From contig NC_068989.1 of the NCBI RefSeq assembly GCF_001194135.2, positions 95,553,137 to 95,617,136 of the forward strand: DNA of 64,000 nt, given 5' to 3'. The DNA comes from Octopus bimaculoides. Its lineage: Eukaryota. This document shows, one piece after another, positions 1 to 14,313 of the stretch. The notes beneath the pieces are model-generated. The model was not told the origin of the DNA and did no database searches. It was given only the letters and a program-made list of their open reading frames with translations. The position numbers and the translations under genes are program-made. Every line of letters starts with the position of its first letter. Position 1 is the stretch's first letter.

Positions 1-409
1 ATCAAACACACAGTGGTTGTTAAGAGAGAAGGCAGCTGCTAGTAAAGGTGCACCTTTTCTTTACTGCCTGCACTGTATCGATGCAGCTGTTGTTTTTGCT
101 GCTTACACTTACATCACTGAGTAAGGCAGTGAGCAAATGTGTGACAACCATGACCATCCAATCATTTTTGTATATCTAGGAATACACTGAGTAATGCTTT
201 CTGTTTTTTTAAGATGGAGGAGTGTAGTATGAAGTAATTTGGCTGCTATTTCTAGCAAGCCATTAGATTCTGGTGGTGATCATAGCATAGTAGAGTGAGG
301 TAGATTTAGTGTGCTGCAGTTGTTGACCCTGTGCTACCCAACCAAGGTAATGAGGTTAGCGTGGATGCTATGAAATATGTTTGTGTGTATAGTTTCATTT
401 TGTCCAAAC

Positions 410-521
410 CAGTTACGGGCAAACTGTGCCCTGCAGGACCCTCTGAATGGCATGACAATGAAGCCTGATGATGAGTAATGTCTCATGCAGCCCACTTCTT
501 GAAAAAGGTTGTCCATACCTG
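410..521. mobile_element. Non-autonomous hAT (Charlie-like) MITE, 112 bp
   Basis: Left end CAGTTACGGGCAAACT and right end (reverse complement) CAGGTATGGACAACCT match at 12/16 and resemble hAT/Charlie TIRs. Flanked by an 8-bp TSD-like pair, gtccaaac (402-409) and gtctaaac (522-529). Confidence 0.65.
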
Positions 522-3500
522 GTCTAAACTGAGTAGAAGAGATGGTGCTCTCAGCATGGGTGATGCATTTTTATGGATAATGTATCTTCAAATAAGAGAT
601 CATTTTCTTTTTTTATCAAAAAGCAAAAAGAAGACAAATCAATCCAATTGTGTGACTAATATTCGTTACAATAAAAATAAAGCAAAGTAAAAAGTAAAAA
701 GAAACAACAAAACAGTTCTTGAAGATAACTCTGAACAGTAACTCATGTCTCTAATTTAATACTACAACATACAAACAATAATGCAAAGAATAACTTCACT
801 GCTTCTCTTGCTAATGGTTAATTACTGGGTGTTTAAATACATGCACATGCAGCTTACTCATGGTTGTGCATCATATCTGATGATGAGTATTTCATTCTTC
901 AATTGTGGCAACAAAGCATCTCAATCTACCATTTCTAACTGTGGATCATTAGAAGACTGTATTTCTTGGAGAGCAGCAGCAAGAGTGAATGCATGAAACC
1001 AGGTGAGTTGTCAATCTCTATATCTAAGATACACCTTCACCAGTGAGAAAACCAAAGGAATGGCAGTATTCTATTCTAGCAGATGTGTGTGATACTCCAA
1101 CCATCACAACAACAACGGCTACCCCTGGGATCCAAAAATCATCATCTACATTGCAAGAGAAGACACCTTGGCAATCAGGTTTTATAGTCTTCATATCCCA
1201 ATATCATTATCTCCATTGTGATGATGATAGGTCCAATGGTAAGGATGATGGAGAATAATTAAAACTCTAGTCTGTCAGAGTTTACCTCATAGCTCGTCTT
1301 TCTCTGAGTGAACTCCCTAACCTGAGTCTTCTTGAATTCAATAGATAGGTCACACATTGCACAGCTAAGAAGCCTTATCATTCCTTCTCCTTTATAGCTT
1401 TTCTGACAAGTATTAGTGGTCTTCCTCACTATCTGGGGGGTATTTCTGCCCCCATGAATGAATGCTACTCAATCTTTGACCCTATATTGGGTTCATCCTT
1501 TCTCTTGACTGGTCTTGTTTTTGCCCTGCTGGCTTTGTAGTTAACCTTCTTCCACCAGGCTTGCTTGGTGGTGGTGGGGTGTCAGTCTAACTGCAGTCAA
1601 CCCCATAACAAATTATAATGTGATCAGTAACATTCAGGTCAACCTGACAGACAAGTGAGCAACTACTGAAGGAATGATGGGAAAACAAAATAGACTGAAT
1701 GCTTTACTTTTTCAACTACAGAAATGAAGCAGAATTCTTTTTCTTTTTTCTTTTCTTTTTCTTTTTGAGAAAATTTTATCAGAGATATTTACTAAAGAAC
1801 TGCATCTTAAGTGAAGTAAAAAGTGAGATCTGATAGGAAAAAAGAAAAAAACTAAATAGATTAGTGTTACAAATAGCGAATGGCTATATTTTACTAGATA
1901 AAATGCTAACGCTGTATTAAATGGTTCTTTTGAGTGAAACACTACAAAATTTGACAAAACTAAATTGCCATTGAATTTAGCATCCACATTATTACTATTT
2001 CTATGAACAGAAATACAAGTTCAGTAATGGGGTAGCAGAAAATGGTAAAAATTACAATCTTGCTTTTAAAGACAGATCTGAAAGTGGTTTTGTGTAAGAT
2101 GTGCTGCACTGAGAAGGAACAATAGCAATATAAATGATTTATGATAGTGAGTGATAAGAGCCAGGAAAGGAATTGTTAAAAAGACAACTTAAATGCTTTC
2201 AACACTTCGCTTCACTAATATTTAAAAGTATTTCCCAAATGGTTAGACATGTCACTAACAGCCAATTTCCATAATACATCAATAGTTTCAATTTCTATGT
2301 CAAAAGCCAACTGAGCAAATACAAAATATTAATATGAATTATCAAATATGATACATGAAACTAGCCATAACAACTAAAATTATCCAAAAGTCAAAAATAA
2401 AAGGTTTCCTATTTCACTGTTATTACTGGTCTGCAAAACCATAACTTTTATAATAATACCAAAGTTGAAAAATATATATTCTACCCACTTGGTTTCCAGA
2501 GAAAACGACCAAGAGGAAGTACAATTGAGTGAGCTGAGATAATCACAATGCCTAAGTTAATTGAGGTAACGAGTCAGCATCCAGAATGAACTTAGCCTTC
2601 AAGTCAACTGAAAGAGTGTGAATATTCAATTCAGAGCTGCAAAGACTTCTTTTAATTAATTTTACAGAGAATGGGGGAAAATGTGACAATATTTTTAAAT
2701 CTCACAAATTTATATAAAACTGATTTAATCATTCATTTGCTTATAACTGGTATTGTAAATATGGTAAGCTGTTCTTACTGGGCAGATTGAATAAGGTATT
2801 CCAGCTGTGACTATCCAGTTTTTTTTTTTTTTAATATTAGGAACTATATCGTCCAGTGTTTCCTTCTTTTTTCAAGATAATGACCTGTGAATTGTATAAG
2901 TCTTTTGAAGTATGAATTTACCTGAATATGTTAAGGATATTGCTTTCATTCCAATTTGATTTATATCAATGATTTACCATTTCTTGAATTTATTTCAGTG
3001 AATTTTCATAACATTTTTTCATTTTTAATCTGACTGTACAAATATAAAATCTGTTTATAGTATTTACTTACTCATGCCAGCATAGAAAGCAAAAGTCAAA
3101 CAACAATGGTGATAATGATGTGTGAATTTTACTCTGATTTTACTGGTATTTCTCATTTCTTAGAACTGAGATTCTTGTTTACTCTCTTCAGGATAACAGT
3201 CACACATGGAAATATGTGCAGAAGATTTTGCTCTATTTCTAGCAGGCCAAATGACCGTGTACAGACTCCTTTAAATATCAAGTTGATCTTGACAGATATG
3301 TTAGAGTGATGGACTATATGCTTCATGAAGTTTGGATCTTTTCAGCTACATTCTGAGTGCTGAGTTCATATCGTACTGAGTTAACTTAGCATTTTTATCC
3401 CTCCAAGGTTGCTAAACTAAGGTAATATAATAGGGTGAAATCACACACATTTCTAACAAAATGCATGCATGGACTATTTATTATTCTAGCAATAGTAAAT

Positions 3501-4927
3501 CATAACTTGAAGAAATCTAATTGGAATGAAATTCAGGTCCTAGTGATTAATGGTACAAATAGATTCATACTTGGACACAGAGATTAAAAATGAAATTATG
3601 GATATGCCTCATATGTTTGCAATTAAAAATGAGAGACTAGAAAATGAAACTGAGATGAAAAGTTATGAAAATTCAGTCAAACCTATTCCAAAAATGCTAA
3701 GCTTAAACCAAGTTGATGATTAATCAGTAATATAAATAGTTTACACAACATCACTTCACATATACAGTCAAGCAGAGATATTTCCCTTTTCTAAAATATA
3801 TTTTCAAACATCATCAGAAGTTTCATTTTTTTCTACAAAATCTCATTCCCTAAGGGTTACCCGACATTTCAATTGTCATCATTTGAGCATTCCCTTTCCT
3901 AAGCTGGCAAGGGGTTGGATAGAATTCGTAAAGGCAGATTTTTTATGGCTGGACACCATTCCAGTTGCCAACCATCACCTGTTTCCAAGTAAGACAATAT
4001 CACCCCATCATCAGACTGGAAGACTGGAAATGAAGGACATCATTTGCATGACATTTGCATATCAAGGCAAGAAGTCAGTAACACCTGTAACACCTGGCCA
4101 GTTTCAGAGTATTAACTTGTATGTTACAGGTAAAAGCCATTGAAAGCACAACAGCCAGATTGTCATTGACAGCTCTAATAAACTTTCATTCTTAGTTGGT
4201 TGACTTTTGAGACATTGACCAATTATAACTTCATTCAATTATGCATCGTCTGACAGAATTTTCTACCTTGAAGGTAATTAATACAGAATTTTTCCCTTTA
4301 AGAATCCTCAAGGGTATCATGTTTTAAATAAAGATGAAAATAATTCCCTGGGGGGCATAAAATAGTCCTCACTCATCCGTCTGATGATACAGCTTTTGCC
4401 AATACATTCATCAATGCTCTAATAATTTATTATTTTTGGCAATCACCGCATTGCGATCAAAATATTAAAGCTAACAAATATTTCCATTTCATTTAAGCAA
4501 GTGGATGCCAATTTATTATATTGATTTATTTTAGTCACCAAAGGAATAAATTTGATAAAGTACTCTACAGGTTTTTTCATCTTCTGAGAGACTGACTTCA
4601 CTCAACACCAGACAAAAAAGTCGGAAAGAACAACCAGAGCATTACTTACAGTGTTGCAGTTTATTATGGAGTCTTCTTCTGTTTTATTTTTTGATAATTT
4701 GATAAATCAATACTAGATTACATTTTATTGCTTTCAAAACAACAGAACGTACTGAAGATTATAGAAAGAAAATGTAGTTTGAAAACAAATTGTCTTTTAT
4801 AATTTTTGATACATTCTCTCAATCATAATCCCTGATAATTAAAATCATCATTTGTCACAAATAAAGAGAATATAGATGTATGTATATAACACACACACAC
4901 ACACATATATATATACATATATATATA

Positions 4928-5105
4928 TATCATCACCATTTAACATCCATTGTCCATGCTGGCATGGGTTGGATGGTTCACCCAGAGATTGCAAGCTGGG
5001 GAGCTGCACCAGACTCCAGTCTGATTTGGCATGATGTCTATAGCTGGATGTCTTTCCTGATGCCAACCACATCACAGAGTGTGCTGGGCGCTTTTATGTG
5101 GCACT
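4928..5105 (-). repeat. (ATG)n-tailed SINE-like/RTE-derived repeat, diverged copy
   Basis: (CAT)n followed by ttaacatccattgtccatgctggcatgggttggatgg...gatgtctttcctgatgccaacc; same family as the 28.3, 45.5 and 56.2 kb copies. Confidence 0.8.
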
Positions 5106-5171
5106 GCATGGCTGCTTTTACACACATACATACACCTACATATTGTTTATATATAAATAGATATACACATT

Positions 5172-5232
<61 letters not shown>

Positions 5233-6981
5233 AAATACACACGCATTATATATATGTATGTATATGAATAAAAATGATACTGAATCAAGAAGATATAGTA
5301 ATTTCTTCAAAATCTGTGTTTAAATTAATAACTTGGCCTTAAAATATTTTTTACTTTCTTTTTTTAAGGGTAATTTGTACTGCAAAGGGATAAAAAAGAA
5401 AAACAAAATTGAACCCCTATTAGCTGGGTTCACCAAACTTCCTAATAATGCTATAGTATCTAGATATAGTTATCAATATAAGAAGCTCAGGTAAGCTAGG
5501 AAAGGTCAGCTAGATAGCAAAAATATTGAAGAGGATTAGGAATATCAATGTATAAGAAGAAAGAAACTTCTAAACACTAAAAATGTTGCTGTTTTCCCTT
5601 TTAAGATATGCGAAAGAATGCCAATGACAAAGTGTGTATACAAAGTAAATGTGATTTTAAGCCAGATTATATACTATATATCAACATAATTGATTCTTTC
5701 TACAATATTAAACCCTTCTATTAAACCTTATAATCAAATGCTCACAAAGCTGATCTCATTTTAATATTCTTCAGAGAATCATCCTGAAATAACATTAATT
5801 TTACATGCACAAAATGTTTATTGATTAGAAATATGTTAGGAAATGAAATTAATAACAAATCTAGGCATATAGAAGCTTTATAGTTTTGATTTAATGAATG
5901 TTGCATACACTTCCAGTAGTAAGAGAACATGAGTTAACTTTAATTAGCAATGACAGATCTAGTGATTCAGAATGCAGTTGGGAGCAATATCGGAGATCGT
6001 TAACTTAAGTAAGGAAAAGTGACCTTGTAACAGTGGTCAAAAGTCAAAATGTTTTCAATGACGTATGTTTGTGAACATTCATTGAAAATTAGGAAACCTA
6101 GACGAATTGGCATCATGATCATTTGTGTTCACAATATCCATGGAATAGAAACCTTCGTTGATAACATTTAACTCAATTTTATTCAAGTCAGCTGACATAA
6201 TCTTTTCCTCTTCTCTCTACACTATGATAATATTATAATTTTAGGCAATAATATATATATGTAGTACTGGGAGGGAAACTAAATTCATGCTCAAACAATG
6301 TGTGTGTGTATACTTTTATTCAACCCCTTTAATTCCTGATAGCATTTCTAAGTCGGGTTTTTTTTTTATACGTATACATATATACCTTTTTTTTGTATTA
6401 AATGTATGTAATATTTTTTGTTTATATCGACCTGCCTACGTTGCTTGTCCTTACATTTACTCCTCTGCCTGTTCCAGTTCAAATCTCTTCAACAGTACGA
6501 AGTGTATCCTATACAGAGAATACCTGTCTCTAATCTATAAACTATAAACATCATCATCATCATCATAATCATTTAGCATCCGTCTTCCATGCTAGCCATC
6601 ATCAGAGAGTTCAGTGATGGTTCAGCTGGCTAAAACTTCAAGGTCCCTGTCAATACTATTCTTGTTAAAGAATAATAAATTTAGAAATATTATTATTTCT
6701 AAATCTTTCAAAGAAAGATATACAGTAACAGCACCATAAAGTAACGACTTTTTGCCAACATAATGTGGCAGTCCCAGGATGTGATGAATGTTACTGTTAT
6801 TCATCCCCAGGAAGCATCATTTCCAGTTGGTTATATGACAAAAAAAATTCTGTGTCCTTATATTTTCAAACAGGGGAGATCAGCACCTCAACACAGCACA
6901 ACCTCACATCCATGGACCGGTTTCTGGGTTATTGTCCTTTATCAGCATGGAGTAGTTTCATTGGCTAGAGAATTTTCGGGT

Positions 6982-7338
6982 CAAGGGTTCCAGTTGATTT
7001 GATCAACGGAACAGCCTGCTCGTGAAATTAATGTGCAAGTGGCTGAGCACTCTACAGACACGTGTACCCTTGATGTAGTTCTTGGGGAGATTCAGCATGA
7101 CACAGAGTGTCACAAGACTGGCCCTTTGAAATACAGGTACAACAGAAACAGGAAGAAAGAATGAGAGAAAGTTATGGTGAAAGAGTACAGCAGGGTTCGG
7201 CACTACCCCCTGCTGGAGCCTGGTGGAGCCTTTAAATGTTTTCACTCAATAAACACTCGCAACACCTGGTTTGGGAATCAAAACCACAATCCTATGACCG
7301 CGAGTCCACTGCCCTAACCACTGGGCCATTGCACCTCC
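6982..7338 (-). repeat. tRNA-derived SINE
   Basis: Minus strand begins GGAGGTGCAATGGCCCAGTGGTTAGGGCAGTGG with A-box and B-box-like (GGTTTTGATTCC) pol III motifs. The body (GTACCTGTATTTCAAAGGGCCAG...) is shared with the copy at 12.5 kb. Confidence 0.8.
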
Positions 7339-7544
7339 ACACACATAAATATTCGGAAAAACTAAAAAGAAATGAGGCAAGCATGCTTTGCTGGAAGAGA
7401 AAGACCTAGAAAGACATGGAATGAAGGGATGAAAACTGATCTCAAGGAGACTGAGCCCCACAAAAAGATGACAAATGACCACAACTATTGGTGACATCTA
7501 CACACATGGAAGAAAGAATATTAATGAGCTGGAATGACGTTGGC

Positions 7545-8290
7545 TGGATCCATCTACTGCTTGTCCTCTGCTTCTCTCTCTCTCTCTACATCCTCCCCAT
7601 CCAGGATACTCTCACTGTTTGCATCCTCTACAGTACTGTCCACCCACCTCCTCTATAGTAGTCCTTCTTCCTCCAGCTTCACTCTATCTCCCTCTCCTCT
7701 ATAGTAGTCTTTCTTCCTCCAGCTTCACTCTATCTCCCTACATATTTGTCCTCTGCCTTCCTACCTTCTCTATGGTACCCTCCAGCCTTTCTTAACGTTA
7801 CTGCTCTTCTGGTATCCACTCCACACTCACCCACCATCCATCGCTTTCCTCTCAACAGCTTTTTTTCTGCTTCCCCCCTCCCCCCATTATTATCTCTTTC
7901 CTCCCTCTCTGGTCTACTTCAAGGATTCCCCAAATACCTCCTCCCCTTCACTGATCCCCTTTGAATTCATTGCCACTCTCACCTACCTCTCTCTTTCATG
8001 TCCCCCCCCCCGACAAACTGCAAAAGCACTCCACCCCCCTTACACAACCCGCCCAACCACCCCTCTCACCTTGTTTACCAACAGCAGCCATTTATACTTT
8101 CTCTTACATAATCTCTTCTCCCATTGTCTATAAACTATGTTACTCTTTCTGCAACCACACTCTCACAAATACACATCTGCTCCTCCCATCCTACTTTGAA
8201 ATCTCTCTTATCATCTCACCTTAAATCATCTCTCTCTCTCTCCCACTCTCTCGTTTCTGTCCTTTTATCCATAATCCTTTAGACCACCTC
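7545..8290. repeat. Pyrimidine-rich low-complexity tract with a 46-bp tandem duplication (7648-7739)
   Basis: Strong C/T strand bias; ctcctctatagtagtc(c/t)ttcttcctccagcttcactctatctccct occurs twice with one mismatch. Confidence 0.7.
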
Positions 8291-8792
8291 ACTAGGGCTG
8301 GTATTATGTTTTTTAAAAAAAGCACCTGGTATTCTCTAAACTAGCTGACACAAGGAAGGGCACCCAAGTGTAAAAGTCATACCAAGCAGAGACATTGGAT
8401 CCTTGTCAAACTTTCCAATCCATGCAAAGCATGGAAAGTTGACCTAAAAGTATGATATATATATATNNNNNNNNNNNNNNNNNNNNNNNNNNNNNNNNNN
8501 NNNNNNNNNNNNNNNNNNNNNNNNNNNNNNNNNNNNNNNNNNNNNNNNNNNNNNNNNNNNNNNNNNNNNNNNNNNNNNNNNNNNNNNNNNNNNNNNNNNN
8601 NNNNNNNNNNNNNNNNNNNNNNNNNNNNNNNNNNNNNNNNNNNNNNNNNNNNNNNNNNNNNNNNNNNNNNNNNNNNNNNNNNNNNNNNNNNNNNNNNNNN
8701 NNNNNNNNNNNNNNNNNNNNNNNNNNNNNNNNNNNNNNNNNNNNNNNNNNNNNNNNNNNNNNNNNNNNNNNNNNNNNNNNNNNNNNNNNNNN

Positions 8793-8848
<56 letters not shown>

Positions 8849-10519
8849 ATGGCTTTCTTTACATAAGCATAAATAAAAAGAAACCCAAAATGACGATAAA
8901 GCCAGTGTCGTTAATCTGTTTTACTCTTTTCACACAACCTTTCCAGCATCATAGTTATGGTGAAGTATGATTGTTTCCATTTGTAGCTTTGCAGAGAAAC
9001 AGGTGATACCATACTGACATGTTTAATATTAAATACAGAAGTTTTAAATTATAAATCTATTTTCATTCAGTTTATTAAGGTTCCTATTTTTTTGTTTTTT
9101 TGTTTTTGCAAAGTACACTTATTGCAGCTGAAAGCTATTTTCTTCCAATTTGCAAAGCTAAAATTTCAGTCGTGTATTAAAATATTACTTTTGCCTTTTT
9201 AATATCTTCATTCTGCTGAAAATATGTCTGGTGTCACTTGACTGGAGTTATGATGATATTGTGAAATATATCCATGGCAATAGTCACCTATTATACATTG
9301 TGTGCAACACTTGATATAATTCTTTTTAACATTACACTGTGTACTTCTTCATTTACTTGGAACTATGCATGAAAATATCGTTGCTTGCCTTTCAGCTATA
9401 ATAGTAATGCAAAATTAAATCAAATTATATCTAGTTGAATAGACTAACTTTATTTATTGAAGAATGGGTGCTAGCCAAAGACATAGCTGCTATAAACATT
9501 TTGTGGTTGAATGAAAAGAGGACAACTTGGACAATTTGAATGGTTTAATGTGCAGTTCATGGCAGGAATTCCGAATGGGTTTCAGTTCTTCAACTTTACT
9601 ACTGTTGCTTCAAAAGAATACAATGTTGTAGAGTTTATCTAATTTCAAGCTTTGTCTTATAAATCATTCCTCGAGCCCATTATATGATAGCATATATAAC
9701 TTAGCTGGAAATGTTTATTATGAATGCTCACATTAGCATGTTGCAAGCAACAGAAATGTTAGGAAATTTTAAATTTGCAAAAAATAAAAAAAATAAAAAT
9801 AATAATAATAATAATTCACGGCATTCTATCCAATGTGCTAACAACTTTGCCAATTTACTGCCTAATTAGTCAACCAAATTGTAAAGCAAAAACCAGCCTT
9901 CAACACAACATATTGTAATTCTTCAGAGAGCAACATTACTTTTAAACCTAGCTGAAAACTAGTTACCATGGATACTGAATAGCTGATTGAATTATATTTA
10001 TTTTAAAGCTAAAATGTTGTTTAAATTTACACATCTTCTAACTTATGTAGACACAAAAAGTGGATATATAAAAAAGTCTGTATGGGAAAAATGTAGTTAG
10101 AAAATAACTTAATATTTTGTTGACTAAAACATTGCCAAAATACGACAAATGGTGACAGTATGGGATTAAATAGCTAATAAAGTTTGATCAATATAAAGAG
10201 TAATAGCTATGACTGTACAATGCTGAAGCTCTTTAAAAAAATGGAAAAAAAGAGAGTAATTTGATTCATGTTAACAGATTAAGTGAAAATTAAAAACAAA
10301 TCTTCTGCAGATAAATTATTCAAGAGAAAAACTTTCCCAGGTATGGAATGCTATTATTTAGAATGGGAAGCCTTGTGCTGATAGTAGAAAGAAGTATTTA
10401 GACAAGGATTTTCCTATATTTCGCTCAGAATGGGTCTGTATCAATTTAAAATAAAGTAATAATAGTTGCTGAGATGTAGACTCATAACAAAAAAGTGTGA
10501 GCAAATTTGATGCAAATCA

Positions 10520-10645
10520 TGTTGAAGAAGGGTTCAGAGATTGGGAACTACCAGATGCTGATGAACTTGTCCACATAGCAGATTCTATATCCGAGCTAGA
10601 AAAGAAATTCCAGGTGTGGAAGCAAAACCTGGAACCTAAATTGGA
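10520..10645 (+). mobile_element. RTE LINE reverse-transcriptase fragment (YADD region, decayed)
   Basis: Translates as EEGFRDWELPDADELVHIADSISELEKKFQVWKQNLEPK, resembling the RTE motif ELLYADDLVLIAES..ELE.KFQ.WK. Confidence 0.7.
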
Positions 10646-12467
10646 TGACAGATAAAAATATACAACCAAAATCTAGAGTCTTTCATCCAACAAGGTTCTT
10701 GTTTACCAACATTTTTTTTTTCCCTAACAAAGCTAGGATCAACCAAAAGCTGTTGATGGATACACATGCCTAACCTCATGTTGAGATTGAACCTGTAAAC
10801 ATGTGATTGCAAAGTAGCATTCTTAATTCCACGACCTTGTCTGCGTGCATTAGAGTTATTTTAGTCATTTACTAACATCAAATATTTTTAAAGAAAATTA
10901 CCAATTGAAATCCCTTCCATATAAAAGGCCATGTGAAATTGTCTATTCAGATAGACAAAAATTTGTCAAAGTGTCAAATATATAAAATTTCAAAAACAAT
11001 GAATGGAATTTCAAGGAAACAAAATTCCTGAGATAAAAAATGAGATTGCAAATAGAAGGTTTAGAATCTATTATGCTACTTAAAATGTCTGGCTCACACT
11101 GATTATATAATCTCAAGTTAAGAGGCTGTAAAATAGCCATGAACAAATTTTTTTAGGTTACTAAATAATATATACAAAAAATGTATGGCAAAATAAAACA
11201 AATTAGATTCTAAGATAGCAAAATTTTGAAATGTTGTCAACACATTTTCTACCAAATACCAAAATTTCATTTATAGCAAAACCAGAAGTATTAATAAAAT
11301 TTGTATTAATACAAAAATGTGACTTTTGATGAAAATATTGAAACCAGAATTATTTTTTATTTGTCTATTAACATCATTTACTTTATGTGTGTATGCCCAT
11401 CATAACATGTAAAACCTACAATTTTTAAAGCCCTTACAGTGAAATTTCAGATACATTTTGCTCATAGGAGAATAAAAGAAACTGACCTCGTATGTTTCAT
11501 AGTTCAATAACCAATTATCAGAGAGTAATCAGTCCCTCATCTTGCTGCCCACAAAGAGAACTTATAGTAATTACTATTTAAATGAAACACAAACCAGAGC
11601 TTAGCTCTAATGGTTAGACTAATTTGCATATCTGTACATTTAAGATATCCGGTCTTTAAATTTATCTTTATCCTTCTGATACACACAGTGGTGTGCATAA
11701 ATATTTATTTAACACAGTACTGATATATGCATCTTTAAACTATAATAAAAGATTTTTTAAATCCTGAATATGCCCTACTGGAATCAGAATGCATTTAATA
11801 TGCCTGTGTGTCCTTATGCCATCAAATACAGTATTCTTTGCTGCAGGAATATTTTTGAGCACTCTGTTATAATGCTGATCTCGACTCAAATTACATACCA
11901 ATTTGTACTTATGAAACATGAACAATTTGTAGTTATTACAAAATTGCCATTGGTTTTGGCAATTAGATGAAACTGATTTTTCATATAATAATGGCATAAA
12001 ATGCATATATCAGTGTAATAGACCAACATATTTGTGGAACACAGCTATTATCTTTCAGAATCCATATCATTATTTTTAATTGGAAGACATTTCATTGTCA
12101 AGATAAAAAGGATAAAAAGCAATTGAAAAAAATATATATTTGATTATATTTCAATGCAGCAGAGTAAATAAAGTTCTATTCTCTACTAGAACCAACTAAT
12201 TGGAAGCTACAAAGTATATTAAACAAATTGCTAAATATTCATAATTAACTAATTACATTATGAATTCACAGCCAATTTTCTAAATTAAATCCTTACATGT
12301 GTACTTGTAAGACCTTATATGTATGTGTACATAAAGAGGAGGAAAAAGTACTCAATACATGTACTAAAGTTTATTGCTTCTATCATTACACAGAATCTCT
12401 TGTTTATGAGCAAAAAATAAGGATCCGTGGTTGGGTAGTAGTGCCATCATTTGTGGACATCAAAGAC

Positions 12468-12757
12468 TTGTGGTTTAGTGATTAGGGTGTTCAGCTCATA
12501 ATCGTAAGCTCGTGAGTTCAATTCCTGGTGGCACACTGTGTCCTTGAGCATGGCATTTTATTTCTCATTACTCCAATCCACTCAGCTGGCAAAAGTGTGT
12601 TGTACCTGTAATTCAAAGGGCCAGCCTTGTCAAATTGTGTGTCATGCTGGGTCTACCTGTGGAGTGCTCAGTCACTTGTACATTAATTCCACAGGCAGAC
12701 TGTTCCATTCATCAAATTAACTGGAATACTCATTGTCATAACCAATGGACTGCCATT
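12468..12757 (+). repeat. tRNA-derived SINE, related to the 7 kb copy
   Basis: tggtttagtgattagg A-box, gagttcaattcc B-box, and the shared body gtacctgtaattcaaagggccagccttgtc...ggagtgctcagtcacttg. Confidence 0.75.
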
Positions 12758-13923
12758 AATGTCCACTTTTCCATGCTTCTATGGGTCACATGAAATTTGT
12801 TTCCAAATGAAGTAATACTTCCTGTCATCCTTCGAACATGAACGTCTCAATGGCTGCACCTGCTTCCATGACAGATTGAAAACAAATGACACTGCTTGTA
12901 CGATGGTATTTTGTCTAATTACAATTAGTGCACAATGAAAGGAGGCATGAACACATACACACACACACACAAGCAGGACAAGTTTCTTTCACTTCCTGCC
13001 CACCAAAATACCACACAATGGAACTAAACCTGAATCCACACGATTGCATAAAGTGAACTTAACCACCTAGCCATACTTGTGCCTATACATATTATCATTA
13101 TTGTTTTAACGTTCACTTTTCTATGCTTGCATGGTCCAGACAGAATTCTGCGAGGTAAATTTTCTACAGTCAGTTGCCTTTCCTGCCACCACCTCTCACT
13201 TGATTCTAAGGATGGTAATATTCTCCATAATTGCATATCGAAGATTGGAAATGAATGACAGCGCATGTACGAGAGTGACACACATTTACAACTACAACGT
13301 AATGTCAAGGTGAAGAGGCACAAATGTCGACACACATAACACATATATGTACGTGATGGTCTTCTTTAGAGATTAACCACATCTACTCACAAGGCTTTGT
13401 TCACCCCAGAGCTATAGCAGAAGAGGTGCCCAAAGTGTCACTGAGTGGGACTGAACATGAAACCACATCATGGGAAAGTAAACTGCTTAACCACACAGAC
13501 TTGCCCATGCCCATATGTATGTATGTGTGTGGTGTGTGCGTAGTGTTTGTATGTGTGTGTGTGTGTGTGTGNNNNNNNNNNGCATGTGTGTGCGCGCACT
13601 AGAATTTCAAAAATGTCTGAAGGACAGGTGTCAGAATGTTCAAAGTTAGGCATTTCACAAATTCATAATCCTCTTGCTGATCAAGTGACCTTCTTAAAAC
13701 TATGTATATATTTGTCCCATTCTCTCACCAGCTGAATGGATTCTGAAAATCTGAATGTTAGGCTTCAACTTGCTGTCACAGTGATTGTGACAGTCATAAG
13801 CTTCATAATTTCACAGTTTCTTAGACCTAAAATGCTTGTCTTATGTAAAGATACAAAAATGAGCACATATACAGGTGCCTGTTGTGCATGCAAACACATC
13901 AATCTTTAGAGTCTGATTATTGT

Positions 13924-13954
<31 letters not shown>

Positions 13955-14021
13955 CATACAATATTCAGACTCTAAAAATTGATGTTTGTATCACACACAC
14001 ACACACATATTTATATATATA

Positions 14022-14175
14022 TATCATCATCATCATCATTTAACATCCATTGTCCATGCTGGCATAGGCTGGACGGTTTGACCAGGGCTGGTAAGCTGGA
14101 AGGCTGCACTAAACTCCAGTTTGATTTGGCATAGTTTCTATGGCTGGATGCCCTTCCTAATGCCAACCACTCTGA
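14022..14175 (-). repeat. (ATG)n-tailed SINE-like repeat
   Basis: (CAT)n ttaacatccattgtccatgctggc...ggatgcccttcctaatgccaaccac; a second same-orientation copy follows at about 14470-14660. Confidence 0.8.
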
Positions 14176-14269
14176 GGCCCAACAGTCAAAGGCAAATCAA
14201 CCACTTTGCTTCCATGATACCCATGCTTGAAAGGAACTCACCTCCGTGAGGCCCAATGCTTGAAAGGTG

Positions 14270-14313
<44 letters not shown>

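Noticed and set aside
860-1010. Minus-strand frame QLTWFHAFTLAAALQE...MVD*DALLPQLK with one internal TGA; similar single-stop frames near 12.8, 30.0-30.2 and 31.5-31.7 kb. Considered stop-to-Trp recoding by A-to-I editing or selenocysteine.
   Set aside because: Short frames with one stop are expected by chance in AT-rich DNA and in decayed transposons. No SECIS element or consistent splice support was seen.
8452-8970. 172-aa ORF in the ORF track
   Set aside because: Artefact of reading through an N-gap and (TA)/(TG) microsatellites; the same applies to the ORFs at 22992-23438, 4880-5323 and 53884-54278.
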